Part shown: positions 18,265 through 28,240 of the stretch, in pieces
Layout: each line of letters starts with the position of its first letter
Position numbering within the stretch: the stretch's first letter is position 1
NCBI GenBank assembly: GCA_965225855.1
Contig: CBDDCK010000005.1
Location: 672,001-736,000, forward strand
Length of the DNA: 64,000 nucleotides
Origin: Spirochaetia bacterium
Lineage (GTDB): Bacteria > Spirochaetota > Spirochaetia > SP-2023
Reading direction: 5' to 3'
Translations under genes and position numbers: made by a program
The notes under the pieces: generated by a model
What the model saw: the letters and a program-made list of their open reading frames with translations, nothing else
Database searches by the model: none
Told to the model about the DNA's origin: nothing

Positions 18265-19389
18265 CTAATTGTTAAATCGAAATTGCACAATATCACCATC
18301 TTGCATAGGGTAGGTTTTGCCTTCTAAGCGCAGCTTACCTGCACTGCGTACAGCAGCCTCACTACCTGTAGTAAATAAATCTTTGCAATGGAATACCTCG
18401 GCTTTGATAAATCCTTTTTCAAAATCGGTGTGAATTTTACCTGCACACTGGAAAGCTGTTTCGCCAATGGAAAAAGTCCAAGCTCGGTTTTCTTTGCCCC
18501 CAACGGTAAAAAATGAACCTACATTCAGGCTGTGATAAGCAAGTTTTGCCAACTGTTCTAGCCCTGATTCTGCTAAACCGGATTCTTGCAAGAATAATTT
18601 TCTCTCTTTTGGCTCATCAATTTGGGCAATATCAGCTTCCAATTGGCCACAAATATTTAGCACTTCTACACTTTCTTTTTTGGCCAATTGTTGTACGGTT
18701 TGAAGCTGGGCATTGTCACAATTTTGCAGGTCTTCTTCACTGACATTGCAAAGGTAAATTTGCGGTTTTGCCGTGATTAGGTGCAATTCTCGGAAAATTT
18801 CTTGTTCTTCTTTGTTTAGTTCATTGGCTGCTAAAAACTGGCGCACTGGGTTTAGCTGGTTCAAATGGACTGCCAAGCGTTCTAAAAAAGATAGCGCAAA
18901 CACTGATTGGGCTCGTTGTTTGGCATCGTTGGCACGAATCAAACGCTGATAGCGTTCTTTTGCTTTGTCAATAATATGTATATCGGCTAAGTTTAGCTCG
19001 GTGGCGATGGTTTCAATATCGCGCTTAGCATCAATACTGCCATCAACATGGACTATATCACCATTTTCAAAACAACGCACCACATGGACAATTAGGTTGG
19101 TCTCGCGGATATTGGCCAAAAATTGGTTGCCAAGGCCTTCACCAGTTGAGGCGCCTTTTACTAGGCCAGCAATATCAACAAATTCAATTGTAGGATAGGT
19201 GATCTTTTCTGCTGGGATTATTTTGGCAATACGCTCTAGCCGAGTATCGAAAACCGGAACGATGCCTTTATTTGGTTCTATTGTACAAAATGGGTAATTT
19301 GCTGCTTCTGCGGGCGCAGCGGTTAATGCTGAAAAAATAGTAGACTTACCTACGTTTGGTAAACCTACTATACCACAATTTAATGCCAT
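18265..19389 (-). CDS. ychF: Redox-regulated ATPase YchF
   Basis: [39 protein letters not shown]. Confidence 0.97.
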   Translation of the reverse strand: MALNCGIVGLPNVGKSTIFSALTAAPAEAANYPFCTIEPNKGIVPVFDTRLERIAKIIPAEKITYPTIEFVDIAGLVKGASTGEGLGNQFLANIRETNLIVHVVRCFENGDIVHVDGSIDAKRDIETIATELNLADIHIIDKAKERYQRLIRANDAKQRAQSVFALSFLERLAVHLNQLNPVRQFLAANELNKEEQEIFRELHLITAKPQIYLCNVSEEDLQNCDNAQLQTVQQLAKKESVEVLNICGQLEADIAQIDEPKERKLFLQESGLAESGLEQLAKLAYHSLNVGSFFTVGGKENRAWTFSIGETAFQCAGKIHTDFEKGFIKAEVFHCKDLFTTGSEAAVRSAGKLRLEGKTYPMQDGDIVQFRFNN

Positions 19390-19546
19390 TAGAGGTTCCT
19401 AGCCAGCTCTACTTTTGAGCTCTATTTATTGGAGAAGGGCAAAACCTGCTAATAGTATGCTGCCCCGATCGATTGCCAACAATATAACGATTTTGCCCTT
19501 TTTAATAAAAGGAGTGCTTTGTCGTTGACTATAAAAAAATTAAAAG

Positions 19547-20005
19547 TTAGGGCAGTTCTTTTAGAATGCGCTCGGCATGGCCTTTAGCTTTCACATTATA
19601 GTAGGCCTTTTTTACCAAGCCTTGTTCATCAATTACTAGTGTTGAACGGATTAGCCCTTCAGAAATTTTGCCGTAGTTATTTTTCTCACCCCAAGCACCA
19701 TAGGCTTTGATGCAAGTTTTTTCAGGGTCGGATAGTAGTAAAATTTTTAGTTGGTGCTTTTCTGTAAAGCTTTGGTGCTCAGTTACCGTGTCTGGACTAA
19801 CTCCAACAATAACTGTGTTATGAGCAGTAAATTCATTGAGCAACGCTGTAAAATCCATAGCTTCTACCGTGCAGCCGGGGGTATTATCTTTGGGGTAAAA
19901 ATACAAAACCAATTGTTTCCCCTGAAAGCTAGCCAGAGTGTAGGTTTGTCCATCGGAACCTTGGAGCGAAAAATCGGGAGCAGGGTTGTTTTCTTCAAGT
20001 CTCAT
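19547..20005 (-). CDS. bcp: Peroxiredoxin BCP (1-Cys type)
   Basis: YFYPKDNTPGCTVEA. Confidence 0.93.
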   Translation of the reverse strand: MRLEENNPAPDFSLQGSDGQTYTLASFQGKQLVLYFYPKDNTPGCTVEAMDFTALLNEFTAHNTVIVGVSPDTVTEHQSFTEKHQLKILLLSDPEKTCIKAYGAWGEKNNYGKISEGLIRSTLVIDEQGLVKKAYYNVKAKGHAERILKELP

Positions 20006-20571
20006 CGAAAAATTCCTTTAAAAGTATATACATATAAAAAAGACAGGCTAGATAGCTACGCTGGTTTAGTCAAGTAGAATTGTTTTTATAATGGGATATG
20101 GACAAGGGTTGATATATTGATGCCGGATGCGACAATTTGCCAGCTTAGTTGTGAGTACTCGATTGTTGGAATGCCTATTTTTTCTAAAGCTTTCCATACA
20201 TAGGCCCAAGATACAATTTGCGCCCAAGGCAAGGTCATACAGGCCATAACCGGCACGCCCTTTTTCGTCCCAGATCATACGCCCAGACCAATATGGGCTC
20301 TATTTTTGGCTGAATTTTTGGTTCTTGATTGCTGGCAGGCAATATATGGCATAAAAAGTTCCTTTTTTAGATTAATCCTATGTTAAGAGAAATTTTCTTA
20401 AAGTTTTTATGTGGTTTATATGCTCTATGAATATCTGAAAAAATTGTACAGCATTGAAAGAATATACATTTCCCTTCTATCCAAGTAGGCAAGATGCAAG
20501 TAGGCGGTGCAAGCTGGACTGGATAATGCTTTATAAAGCTAGTATTAAAAAAGTTGTTTTCAACAGTATGG

Positions 20572-20625
20572 CAAACAAAGAACGTACTTGAAGCTTTGTA
20601 AAAAATCCAAGTACGTTCTTTGTTT
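20572..20625 (-). terminator. Intrinsic terminator of the TRAP operon
   Basis: 18-bp IR AAACAAAGAACGTACTTG..CAAGTACGTTCTTTGTTT. Confidence 0.7.
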
Positions 20626-20644
20626 GTATAACAAAAAATCGGGT

Positions 20645-21649
20645 TTATTTTCTCAATGCATCAATTTCAGCAATGATACCATTTTGATATTTTTGTTCGT
20701 ATTCGTTCCACAACGGGCGTGTTGCATTTTGGAAGGCAGCCACATCGGCAACATCATTAAAAACCACACCTTCTTCTTTTAGTTTTTCAATAGCCATATC
20801 GGCGTCTGAACCCCAAAATTTTCTCTCAAGAGCAATAGCATTTGCGGCTTCTTCTTTGATAATCTTTTGTTCTTCCGCACTCAATTTCGCCAAAGTTTTG
20901 CCCGAAATCGCAAGTAAGTCGGGAGTCATAAAGTGCTTTGTCCAAGATACATATTTTGTAACTTCGTACAGTTTCAATGTATAGAGTGTAATAGGGCTAT
21001 TTTCCCAACCATCTAAAACGCCCTGCTCCAGTGCCGAATAAACTTCAGCCTGACCCATAGGAGTTGCGATCGCACCCATCAAATTGATGCCCTTCAATGT
21101 TATTTCCGAAGGGATAGTGCGAATTTTAAGCCCTTTTAAATCTTTAGGGCTATTGATTGGCTGGGAATTGTTCATCAAACTTCTTGCACCACCATAAAAA
21201 TAACCAAGAGGTTCAAACCCTTTTTCTCTTAATTTTTCGGCCAATATTTGACCCACTTTGCCATCTAGGGCCCGATACAAATGTTCTTCATTTTCAAAAA
21301 GAAATGCTAGTGAAAGAACTTCCATTTCTGGAACATAATTGGCATAAACTCCAGCAAATTGATTGGCCATGTCAATAGTGCCCAGCTGGACACCTTCAAC
21401 CATTTCTACATTTCCCCCAAGTTGACTATTGGGGAAAAGATCGATTTTGACTTTATTGTCTGTGCGCATTAAAACATTTTTACTCATTTGCGCTAAGGCC
21501 TTATTCATCGGATGACTTTCGGGTAGCGTATTCGTTACACGCAGCAAAGTTTCTTTAGATTGCCCACTAGAAGAACCTCTGGCAAAAAGATTCACTTGAA
21601 AGACTAAAAGGCTTGCTATAATCAAGCTGGTAAAAACCATTTTTTTCAT
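20645..21649 (-). CDS. TRAP transporter substrate-binding protein (DctP/YiaO family)
   Basis: FPNSQLG, DLKGLKIR, EVYSALEQGVLDGWEN. Confidence 0.93.
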   Translation of the reverse strand: MKKMVFTSLIIASLLVFQVNLFARGSSSGQSKETLLRVTNTLPESHPMNKALAQMSKNVLMRTDNKVKIDLFPNSQLGGNVEMVEGVQLGTIDMANQFAGVYANYVPEMEVLSLAFLFENEEHLYRALDGKVGQILAEKLREKGFEPLGYFYGGARSLMNNSQPINSPKDLKGLKIRTIPSEITLKGINLMGAIATPMGQAEVYSALEQGVLDGWENSPITLYTLKLYEVTKYVSWTKHFMTPDLLAISGKTLAKLSAEEQKIIKEEAANAIALERKFWGSDADMAIEKLKEEGVVFNDVADVAAFQNATRPLWNEYEQKYQNGIIAEIDALRK

Positions 21650-21783
21650 TATTCTAAATTCCTTAAAAAATTATTTAATACAAAAATTGACGATATTGTT
21701 TGTTTCTGCATGCTACACAAAAGCAGAATTGTTTTATAACCACTCACATAATTTGGCCTCCTCTCGATTATTTACAATCTCAT

Positions 21784-23061
21784 CTATCGCATCAGTGAAG
21801 GTATCCACAACGAAATTGCAGGTATAAAGGTAACAAAGAGTAAGACAATCACCAAAGCTCCTAAATAATATGTGTATGTTTTTAGTATTTCACTTAGGCC
21901 GGCACCCGATATTCCTGAAGCAACAAATAAAGCAATACCTACTGGCGGGGTACATTGGCCTATTGCCATATTTACAATGGCCATAACGCCAAACTGAATG
22001 GGATGAACTCCCAGCAAAGAAACGATTGGCCAAATTATTGGAATGACAATAATGGTAATAGCGGTTGGGTCTAAAAAAGTTCCCAAAATCAATAACAAAG
22101 CGTTAATCAATAAGAGAACAATCCATTTGTTATCCGATAGACTCACGATAGTTTGGGCAATTGCATCGGGAATTCTTTCTGCAGCTAAAACCCAACCGAA
22201 GGCCGATGCAGCAGCAATGGTAATTACAACCACTCCTGTTGTTTTTGCTGCATCGCAAAAAACTCGCGCTAAATCTTTAATTTTCAATTCTTTATAGACA
22301 AAAAGCCCAACGATAAGGGCATAAGCTGCTGTAACAATTGAGGCTTCTGTTGCGGTAAATATCCCTGATGTAATACCACCTACGATAATAACAACGGTCA
22401 ATAAGGCTAGAATAGAATCTAAAAACGAATAAAATTGTTCTTTTATCGGAGCTTTTTGTTCTGGTTCTATGCCTCTTTTTTTGGTTAAATAAATATTGAC
22501 AAGCATCAAAGACAAACCCATCAATACTCCGGGAATGAATCCTCCCATGAACATGCCACCAATAGAAATATTGGCTGTTACACCAAGAATAATCATGGGA
22601 ATACTGGGCGGAATAACAATGCCAATAGAGCCTGCCGTAGCCATAACGCCCGTGGCGATGTCTGAGCCATATCCTTTTTTCTTCATAGCGGGGATCAAAA
22701 TACTTCCCACCGCCGCTGTATCGGCTGCGGCAGCCCCCGATAATCCTGCAAAAAACATTGCAGCCAGAACGCTAGTATTAGCCAATCCTCCGCGAATATG
22801 GCCGACCATATTAGAAGCAAAAGTAACAAGCCTACGGGATATGCCCCCGTTTTCCATTAATCCACCGGCTAAAATAAAAAAAGGAATGGCGATTAAACTA
22901 AAACTGTTACTGGCACGAAAAATTTTTACCGAAATTGCAATCAAATCAATATCACTAAAAAATAGAATTGATAATACCGTTGAGACCAATAGGGAAAAAG
23001 AAACTGGAACCGAAAGCACTAAAAGCAAAAAGAATGACAAAAAAAGAAAGGTAATCATCAA
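21784..23061 (-). CDS. TRAP transporter large permease (DctM)
   Basis: AIPFFILAG, GGLA, IPPSIPMI, TPPVG. Confidence 0.94.
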   Translation of the reverse strand: MMITFLFLSFFLLLVLSVPVSFSLLVSTVLSILFFSDIDLIAISVKIFRASNSFSLIAIPFFILAGGLMENGGISRRLVTFASNMVGHIRGGLANTSVLAAMFFAGLSGAAAADTAAVGSILIPAMKKKGYGSDIATGVMATAGSIGIVIPPSIPMIILGVTANISIGGMFMGGFIPGVLMGLSLMLVNIYLTKKRGIEPEQKAPIKEQFYSFLDSILALLTVVIIVGGITSGIFTATEASIVTAAYALIVGLFVYKELKIKDLARVFCDAAKTTGVVVITIAAASAFGWVLAAERIPDAIAQTIVSLSDNKWIVLLLINALLLILGTFLDPTAITIIVIPIIWPIVSLLGVHPIQFGVMAIVNMAIGQCTPPVGIALFVASGISGAGLSEILKTYTYYLGALVIVLLFVTFIPAISLWIPSLMR

Positions 23062-23067
23062 GTTCTC

Positions 23068-23574
23068 CTATTCGATAATATGGCCATGTGCTGTTCCCAC
23101 CTGCTTACTGCACAAAGTTTCAAAAATTTGATAACAGGTATGGATTGCTATGAAAAATCCCGATATAGGCAAAACAATATAACCCCAAAAAAGAGAGAGT
23201 GGCAAAATATTCATCCTTTGAATTTTGTTTATGTTAGCCGCTTCTATACCGTAGATAATAAGAAAAAGAGAAAATACAAAAACTACGATATATACCAATA
23301 TTTCTGCATGTCTGCGTATTTTCAACGATAGTTTAGAAACCAAAAGATCAACGGAAAAATGTGATCGCGTGGCGATAGCAAAGCTCGTACCAATGAAACA
23401 AACCCAAGAAAAAAGATATGTTAAAAGCTCTTCAGACCAACTGATTGGGCTTTTCAACACAAAACGGGAATAAACTTGTAGTAAACCACAAATAAACATC
23501 ACGACTAATAATACCGAAATAAGGCTTTGCTCTACTTTGCAGAGGAAAGAATTAAACTTTTTGAATATTCCCAT
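23068..23574 (-). CDS. TRAP transporter small permease (DctQ)
   Basis: SR..WSEEL, HFSVD, four TM segments; start at MGIFKK. Confidence 0.9.
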   Translation of the reverse strand: MGIFKKFNSFLCKVEQSLISVLLVVMFICGLLQVYSRFVLKSPISWSEELLTYLFSWVCFIGTSFAIATRSHFSVDLLVSKLSLKIRRHAEILVYIVVFVFSLFLIIYGIEAANINKIQRMNILPLSLFWGYIVLPISGFFIAIHTCYQIFETLCSKQVGTAHGHIIE

Positions 23575-23605
23575 ATGCTCTCTTTTATTTTTGTATTGTA
23601 ATTTT

Positions 23606-24613
23606 TTAAAGCATTTGAGTAATAGAAGCCCAAATATCCTCAATCACAGGAATCCCTTGTGCCAGATTTTCACTGCGAGTTTTTATTACCCGTTCACCGG
23701 GATAGAGTATCTCATGGTTAGAGCTCACGGTTTCAGATTTTTTAATGCTTTTCAGTACCTCGTCGATAATTGTGTTTATTTCTTGGGTATTACACATAAC
23801 TGGATTTATCGCAATCAAAACTTGAGAAATACCATATTCATCTTCACATTTTGTGCCAACAGCTGTAGTTGAATTGCCGCCAGAAAGAATGGCTGCAATC
23901 AAGTCTAGTGCAATGGATAAGCTAGACCCTTTCCAAAATCCTATGGGCAGAACGCGCCAACTTTTCTCAATTTCTAAAGGGTCTTTCGTAATATTTCCCG
24001 CTAAATCAAAACCACCAGCCACGGGCAATTGCTGGCCTTTTAATTTGTATTCTTCCATTTTGCCATAGGAAAATTGAGCCATAGAACAATCAACTACTAC
24101 ATGTTCTTGGTTACTCCGAGGTACGGCCAATACAAAAGGATTATTTCCGATGTTTGGTTCTTTTCCACCCCAAGCGGGCATATTGGGCATCGTATTTGTC
24201 CAACACATACCAATCATTCCAGCATCTGCGGCCTGCCAACCATAAGAACCTCCTCGCATCCAATGATTGGTATTGTTTATGGTCACAACTCCAATCCCAT
24301 TTTCTTTAGCCAACTCTATCGCCCTATCCATTGCAGATTCAGCATTTGTGTTGCCCATAGCCAAATTGCCATTCCAGCGTTCCAAACAGCCGAAGGTCTG
24401 TGTTACAGATGGTACCGCATTGATTTTAATATAACCTTTGTCAATATAAGAAATCACTCTGGGAAAACGATTTAGACCATGTGAATAAACGCCATCACGG
24501 CTATTATCTGTAAAAAGTTTTGCACTTCGAGATGCTATTTTTTCAAAGAAACCTTTGTTGAGAAGTATTTGTTTTAAGGTTTCAAACATCTCTTGATATT
24601 GAATTCGCAGCAT
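23606..24613 (-). CDS. yiaK: 3-dehydro-L-gulonate 2-dehydrogenase (2,3-diketo-L-gulonate reductase)
   Basis: GVYSHGLNRFPR, NTNHWMRGGSYGW, IGNNP, LPIGFWKGS. Confidence 0.9.
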   Translation of the reverse strand: MLRIQYQEMFETLKQILLNKGFFEKIASRSAKLFTDNSRDGVYSHGLNRFPRVISYIDKGYIKINAVPSVTQTFGCLERWNGNLAMGNTNAESAMDRAIELAKENGIGVVTINNTNHWMRGGSYGWQAADAGMIGMCWTNTMPNMPAWGGKEPNIGNNPFVLAVPRSNQEHVVVDCSMAQFSYGKMEEYKLKGQQLPVAGGFDLAGNITKDPLEIEKSWRVLPIGFWKGSSLSIALDLIAAILSGGNSTTAVGTKCEDEYGISQVLIAINPVMCNTQEINTIIDEVLKSIKKSETVSSNHEILYPGERVIKTRSENLAQGIPVIEDIWASITQML

Positions 24614-24711
24614 GTTACTTTTTCCTTTCCTACGTTTATTTGCTTCATATCCACACATAGCTTTTTTTATTTCGATGTTAATTTTTTTAGGGTTTAGCCC
24701 CAACTATTTTT

Positions 24712-25800
24712 TCACCGTTGTACTCGACCAGATGCGTTGCCACGCATTAAAAGCTCTACTTCTTCCTTGCTGCTGTAATTAAAATCTCCGCGTATACTGT
24801 GGCATAGGCAAGAGGCTGCCACTGCAAAACGAAGTGCATCTTGCGTTTTGTATAATCCACAATTCAATGCATAAATTAACCCTGCTGCAAATGAATCGCC
24901 TCCGCCTACACGGTCCACAATATTACGGATTTCATAGGGTGCATAATGGCCTTCATTATCTAACGGGGCAAAATAAGCTTGCCCATCACTATAGAGCATT
25001 GCACCCCAATTGTTGTGGCTTGCAGAAATGCTTTCTCGCAAAGTAATAGCTATTTGAGAAATACTGGGGAAACGCTGGGTTATTTGCTTGGCAACGTTGA
25101 TATAAGCATCTTGTGCGATTTTACCTGATTCTATATTTGTTTCTGCAGCATGAAGATTTAGCACATCTGATGAGTCTTCTTCATTGGCAATGAGTACATC
25201 GACATATTGCAGCATATCGGGCATAGTTTTTTGAGCTAGCTCTTTTGGAGAAGTTCCCGGCTGCCATTGCCACAGTTTTTTGCGAAAGTTTAAATCACAG
25301 GATATGCGCAATCCATATTGTTTGGCCAATTTACAAATTTCCAGCGAATTGGTGCTCGACTGTTGCGAGAGTGCTGGGGTTATCCCGGTTATATGAAACC
25401 AGGAAGCTCCTGCAAAAATAGCCGGCCAATCAAAAGCGGTATATTCTATTAAACTAATAGCCGAATATTGGCGGTCATAAATCACTTTACTGGGACGTTG
25501 ATTGGCTCCGGATTCAACATAATAAGTACCTAAACGCCCTTTAGTGCTCACGATAAAATCTGTGTTCAACCCGATACCGCGTAGTTGCCGAGCACAAGCT
25601 TCACCCAATTCGTGGTTAGGTAAAGCGGTTACAAAACGCACTGGCTCTTTACTGAATTCAGATATAGAAACAGCTACATTGGCTTCTGCACCACCAAAAG
25701 TATAACGCAATGTTCCCGGTAAATTTTGTATAAAGCGGTGATGGCCCAAAGTATCCAAACGGCCCATTATTTCGCCAAAAGTAACAACTGTCTTACTCAT
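24712..25800 (-). CDS. kdgK: 2-dehydro-3-deoxygluconokinase (PfkB family)
   Basis: FGEIM, GGAEANVA, DLNFRKKLW, IVDRVGGGDSFAAG. Confidence 0.88.
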   Translation of the reverse strand: MSKTVVTFGEIMGRLDTLGHHRFIQNLPGTLRYTFGGAEANVAVSISEFSKEPVRFVTALPNHELGEACARQLRGIGLNTDFIVSTKGRLGTYYVESGANQRPSKVIYDRQYSAISLIEYTAFDWPAIFAGASWFHITGITPALSQQSSTNSLEICKLAKQYGLRISCDLNFRKKLWQWQPGTSPKELAQKTMPDMLQYVDVLIANEEDSSDVLNLHAAETNIESGKIAQDAYINVAKQITQRFPSISQIAITLRESISASHNNWGAMLYSDGQAYFAPLDNEGHYAPYEIRNIVDRVGGGDSFAAGLIYALNCGLYKTQDALRFAVAASCLCHSIRGDFNYSSKEEVELLMRGNASGRVQR

Positions 25801-25805
25801 AAAAG

Positions 25806-26456
25806 TTAGCTCCTAGATTCTTTATTGATAGCCATTGCTTGCTCTGTTTGCTTGTGTATTTCGCTCCAAGCTTTAGAAATTATGAGCTTGCGTGAAGCAA
25901 GCCATGAACCACCTACGGCACCAACCATCGGGCTTTGCAAATAGTTTGCCAAGTTCTCCAGATTAACCCCGCCCAGTGGGATATAACGCAAATTAAGGTG
26001 GGCGTAAGGTGCATTCAAATTCTTTAAGTATGATAGCCCACCAATGGCTTCGGCAGGGAAGTATTTTAGTAGCCGTAAATCATATTCCAAAGCTGTTTCA
26101 ATATCAGAAGCGGTCGTGATACCGGGGAAAAATGGCAGGCCAACCTTGCGGGCTGCTTCGATCACCCGGCGATTCAACCCTGGCGCAACGGCAAAGTCTG
26201 CAATTTGGGCAATTTGGGCAATTTGTTGCGAGTTTAATACGGTTCCTACACCCAAAAGCAATTCGGGATATTTTTTCTTTACCAGTTCAACGGCGGAAAT
26301 AGCATAAGGGCTTCGCAAAGCTAATTCTATGGCCTGTACCCCACCACCAACTAGAGCTTCAATGGTTGGTGCAACTTCTTCTTGTTTTTCAAACACGACA
26401 ACACAGATAATCCGGGCATCACAAATGTTGCGCACTATTTTCGCTTCTTCATTCAT
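25806..26456 (-). CDS. eda: KDPG/KHG aldolase
   Basis: GVGTVL, LKYFPAE, PLGGVN, GGSW. Confidence 0.92.
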   Translation of the reverse strand: MNEEAKIVRNICDARIICVVVFEKQEEVAPTIEALVGGGVQAIELALRSPYAISAVELVKKKYPELLLGVGTVLNSQQIAQIAQIADFAVAPGLNRRVIEAARKVGLPFFPGITTASDIETALEYDLRLLKYFPAEAIGGLSYLKNLNAPYAHLNLRYIPLGGVNLENLANYLQSPMVGAVGGSWLASRKLIISKAWSEIHKQTEQAMAINKESRS

Positions 26457-26505
26457 TACTTGTAACTCTTATCATTTATTTAGAGCATTAACCTTATGGA
26501 GGGCC

Positions 26506-26534
26506 AATGTAATACAACTTTTTTGGTTTGTCAA
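26506..26534 (-). promoter_or_regulatory. sigma70 promoter of the eda-kdgK-yiaK-TRAP operon with an overlapping palindrome
   Basis: Minus strand TTGACA-17-TACATT; TGTATTACA near-palindrome over the -10. Confidence 0.55.
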
Positions 26535-26832
26535 ATATTTTTATGAAAATTATTGCGAAAATAGTGCTGTCGTATCAATTATGGTTTTGTTGTATTGTTT
26601 TGTAAATTGGTAGGTTAAGCCCGTGTTACTCTCAAAAGATAGTCTTTATTTTATGGCGATGATTTTTGATAGGCATCAATCTATCTTTATAGTTTGATTA
26701 TTTTGTAAATACTAGAGTTTATGATAGGTCCACAACTATGGACATGATAGAGTATAAGGTATCGACATCATAAAACCTAAATTTATACCACTTGATGGAA
26801 AAACTTTAAACCTTGGTTGAGTGCAGCGTTTG

Positions 26833-28095
26833 TTAAATAACCGTATTCGCAGACAAGCGGCCACTTTTTGGGATTATCACAATACCATTGCGAACAGAAT
26901 AATCTTGGTAATCTCCATCGCGCAATTTTTCTGGCTCTAGTCCAATGCGGCAACCTGGGCCGATGTAAGCATTTTTGTCGATAATGGCGTTAGCTATTTG
27001 GCAATTTGCCCCAATACCGATATTGAAATCTTTATGGTAAAAATCGTTTCCCATGACATAGGCTTTGTGCAAGGTGCAATTCTTCTGGATAATACTGCGC
27101 ACGCCAATCAATGAAGAATGGAGTTTTATATTATTGTCGAGTACAGAACCCTCTACAACCATGCTTTTATTAATATCTGTATTGCCATTAAATACAGCAG
27201 GAGGCAGTTCTCGCCGGTAGGTAAAAAGGTTTGTCGATGGGTGGTAAAGGTTAATAGGTAAGCGCGCTTCCACTAGGGCAATATGTACATTAAAAAAGGT
27301 TTCAAAAAAACCAATATCTTCAAAAAAACCTAAGTGGGGATAAAGTAGCATTTTGTAATGCTTAGCTGCATAAGGTATTACGCCACTACCAAAATCATGG
27401 CTGCCTTTATTTAAAATATCTTTGAGGATATTGGCTTTGATTAAATAGCTTCCCATTGAACCCCAGTAAGGTTTATCGGGGGCTGCTCCACTATTAAATT
27501 CAGGCTGGTCTTGTTGTGGTTTTTCTAAAAAGTCGCGTACTTGTCCAGAAGCATCACTTTTTAAGATACCGTATTTATCGAGTTGTTTAGAACCAATCGG
27601 AGTTGCGGCAATGGTAAAATCCGAATTTTGTTCTAAATGATGGATTAACATGGCTTCCATATCCATTTCGTGAATTTGGTCGCCAGCAAGAATTAGATAG
27701 TGTTTATAAGATTTATCTCCATAGCTGCAGTAATCAAGGCTTTTTCTCACGGCATCTGCAGAGCCAAGAAACCATTGTTCCATATCATTTTGCATATGGG
27801 ATTGGTTTGCTGCCAGTATTTGGATATCGCCTTTGGTAAAGGTATCAAAACGGTAGGTGCGATTGATATGTAAATGAAGGGAGGCGGAATTATATTGGGT
27901 CAATACATATAGGTTTAATAACCCCGCATGAATGCAGCGCGAAAGCGAAATATCTACTAAGCGATAACGGCCAGCAAAGGGTACTGCTGGTTTACAGCGT
28001 TTTAATGTTAAAGGATAAAGTCGGGTACCGCGCCCTCCGCCCAAAATTAGGACGGCAATTCTTTCTTTAATTGTTTGGCAAATTAATTTATCCAT
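26833..28095 (-). CDS. glgC: Glucose-1-phosphate adenylyltransferase
   Basis: ILGGGRGTRLYPLT..KPAVP, LTQYNSASL, WFLGSADAVR, C-terminal beta-helix. Confidence 0.93.
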   Translation of the reverse strand: MDKLICQTIKERIAVLILGGGRGTRLYPLTLKRCKPAVPFAGRYRLVDISLSRCIHAGLLNLYVLTQYNSASLHLHINRTYRFDTFTKGDIQILAANQSHMQNDMEQWFLGSADAVRKSLDYCSYGDKSYKHYLILAGDQIHEMDMEAMLIHHLEQNSDFTIAATPIGSKQLDKYGILKSDASGQVRDFLEKPQQDQPEFNSGAAPDKPYWGSMGSYLIKANILKDILNKGSHDFGSGVIPYAAKHYKMLLYPHLGFFEDIGFFETFFNVHIALVEARLPINLYHPSTNLFTYRRELPPAVFNGNTDINKSMVVEGSVLDNNIKLHSSLIGVRSIIQKNCTLHKAYVMGNDFYHKDFNIGIGANCQIANAIIDKNAYIGPGCRIGLEPEKLRDGDYQDYSVRNGIVIIPKSGRLSANTVI

Positions 28096-28169
28096 AATAA
28101 CCCTTTCTTTGTGAAAATTTTATTTGTGCAATTGTTGCTTTGTCGCTCTCTTTTGTGTTTATCGATAAA

Positions 28170-28209
28170 AACAAGAGGGCTTACAGTTTTTTCTGTAAGC
28201 CCTCTTGTT
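28170..28209 (-). terminator. Intrinsic terminator downstream of fusA
   Basis: 17-bp perfect IR AACAAGAGGGCTTACAG..CTGTAAGCCCTCTTGTT. Confidence 0.8.
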
Positions 28210-28240
28210 CAGTTGGGAAAACAAATTTTCCAAACTGATA

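Noticed and set aside
20066..20278. 70-aa ORF upstream of bcp
   Set aside because: No recognisable motif or RBS; may be a remnant but cannot be supported
22496..23131. Long antisense ORFs (also 37294-37851, 54307-54807, 50721-51113)
   Set aside because: Shadows of real genes on the opposite strand
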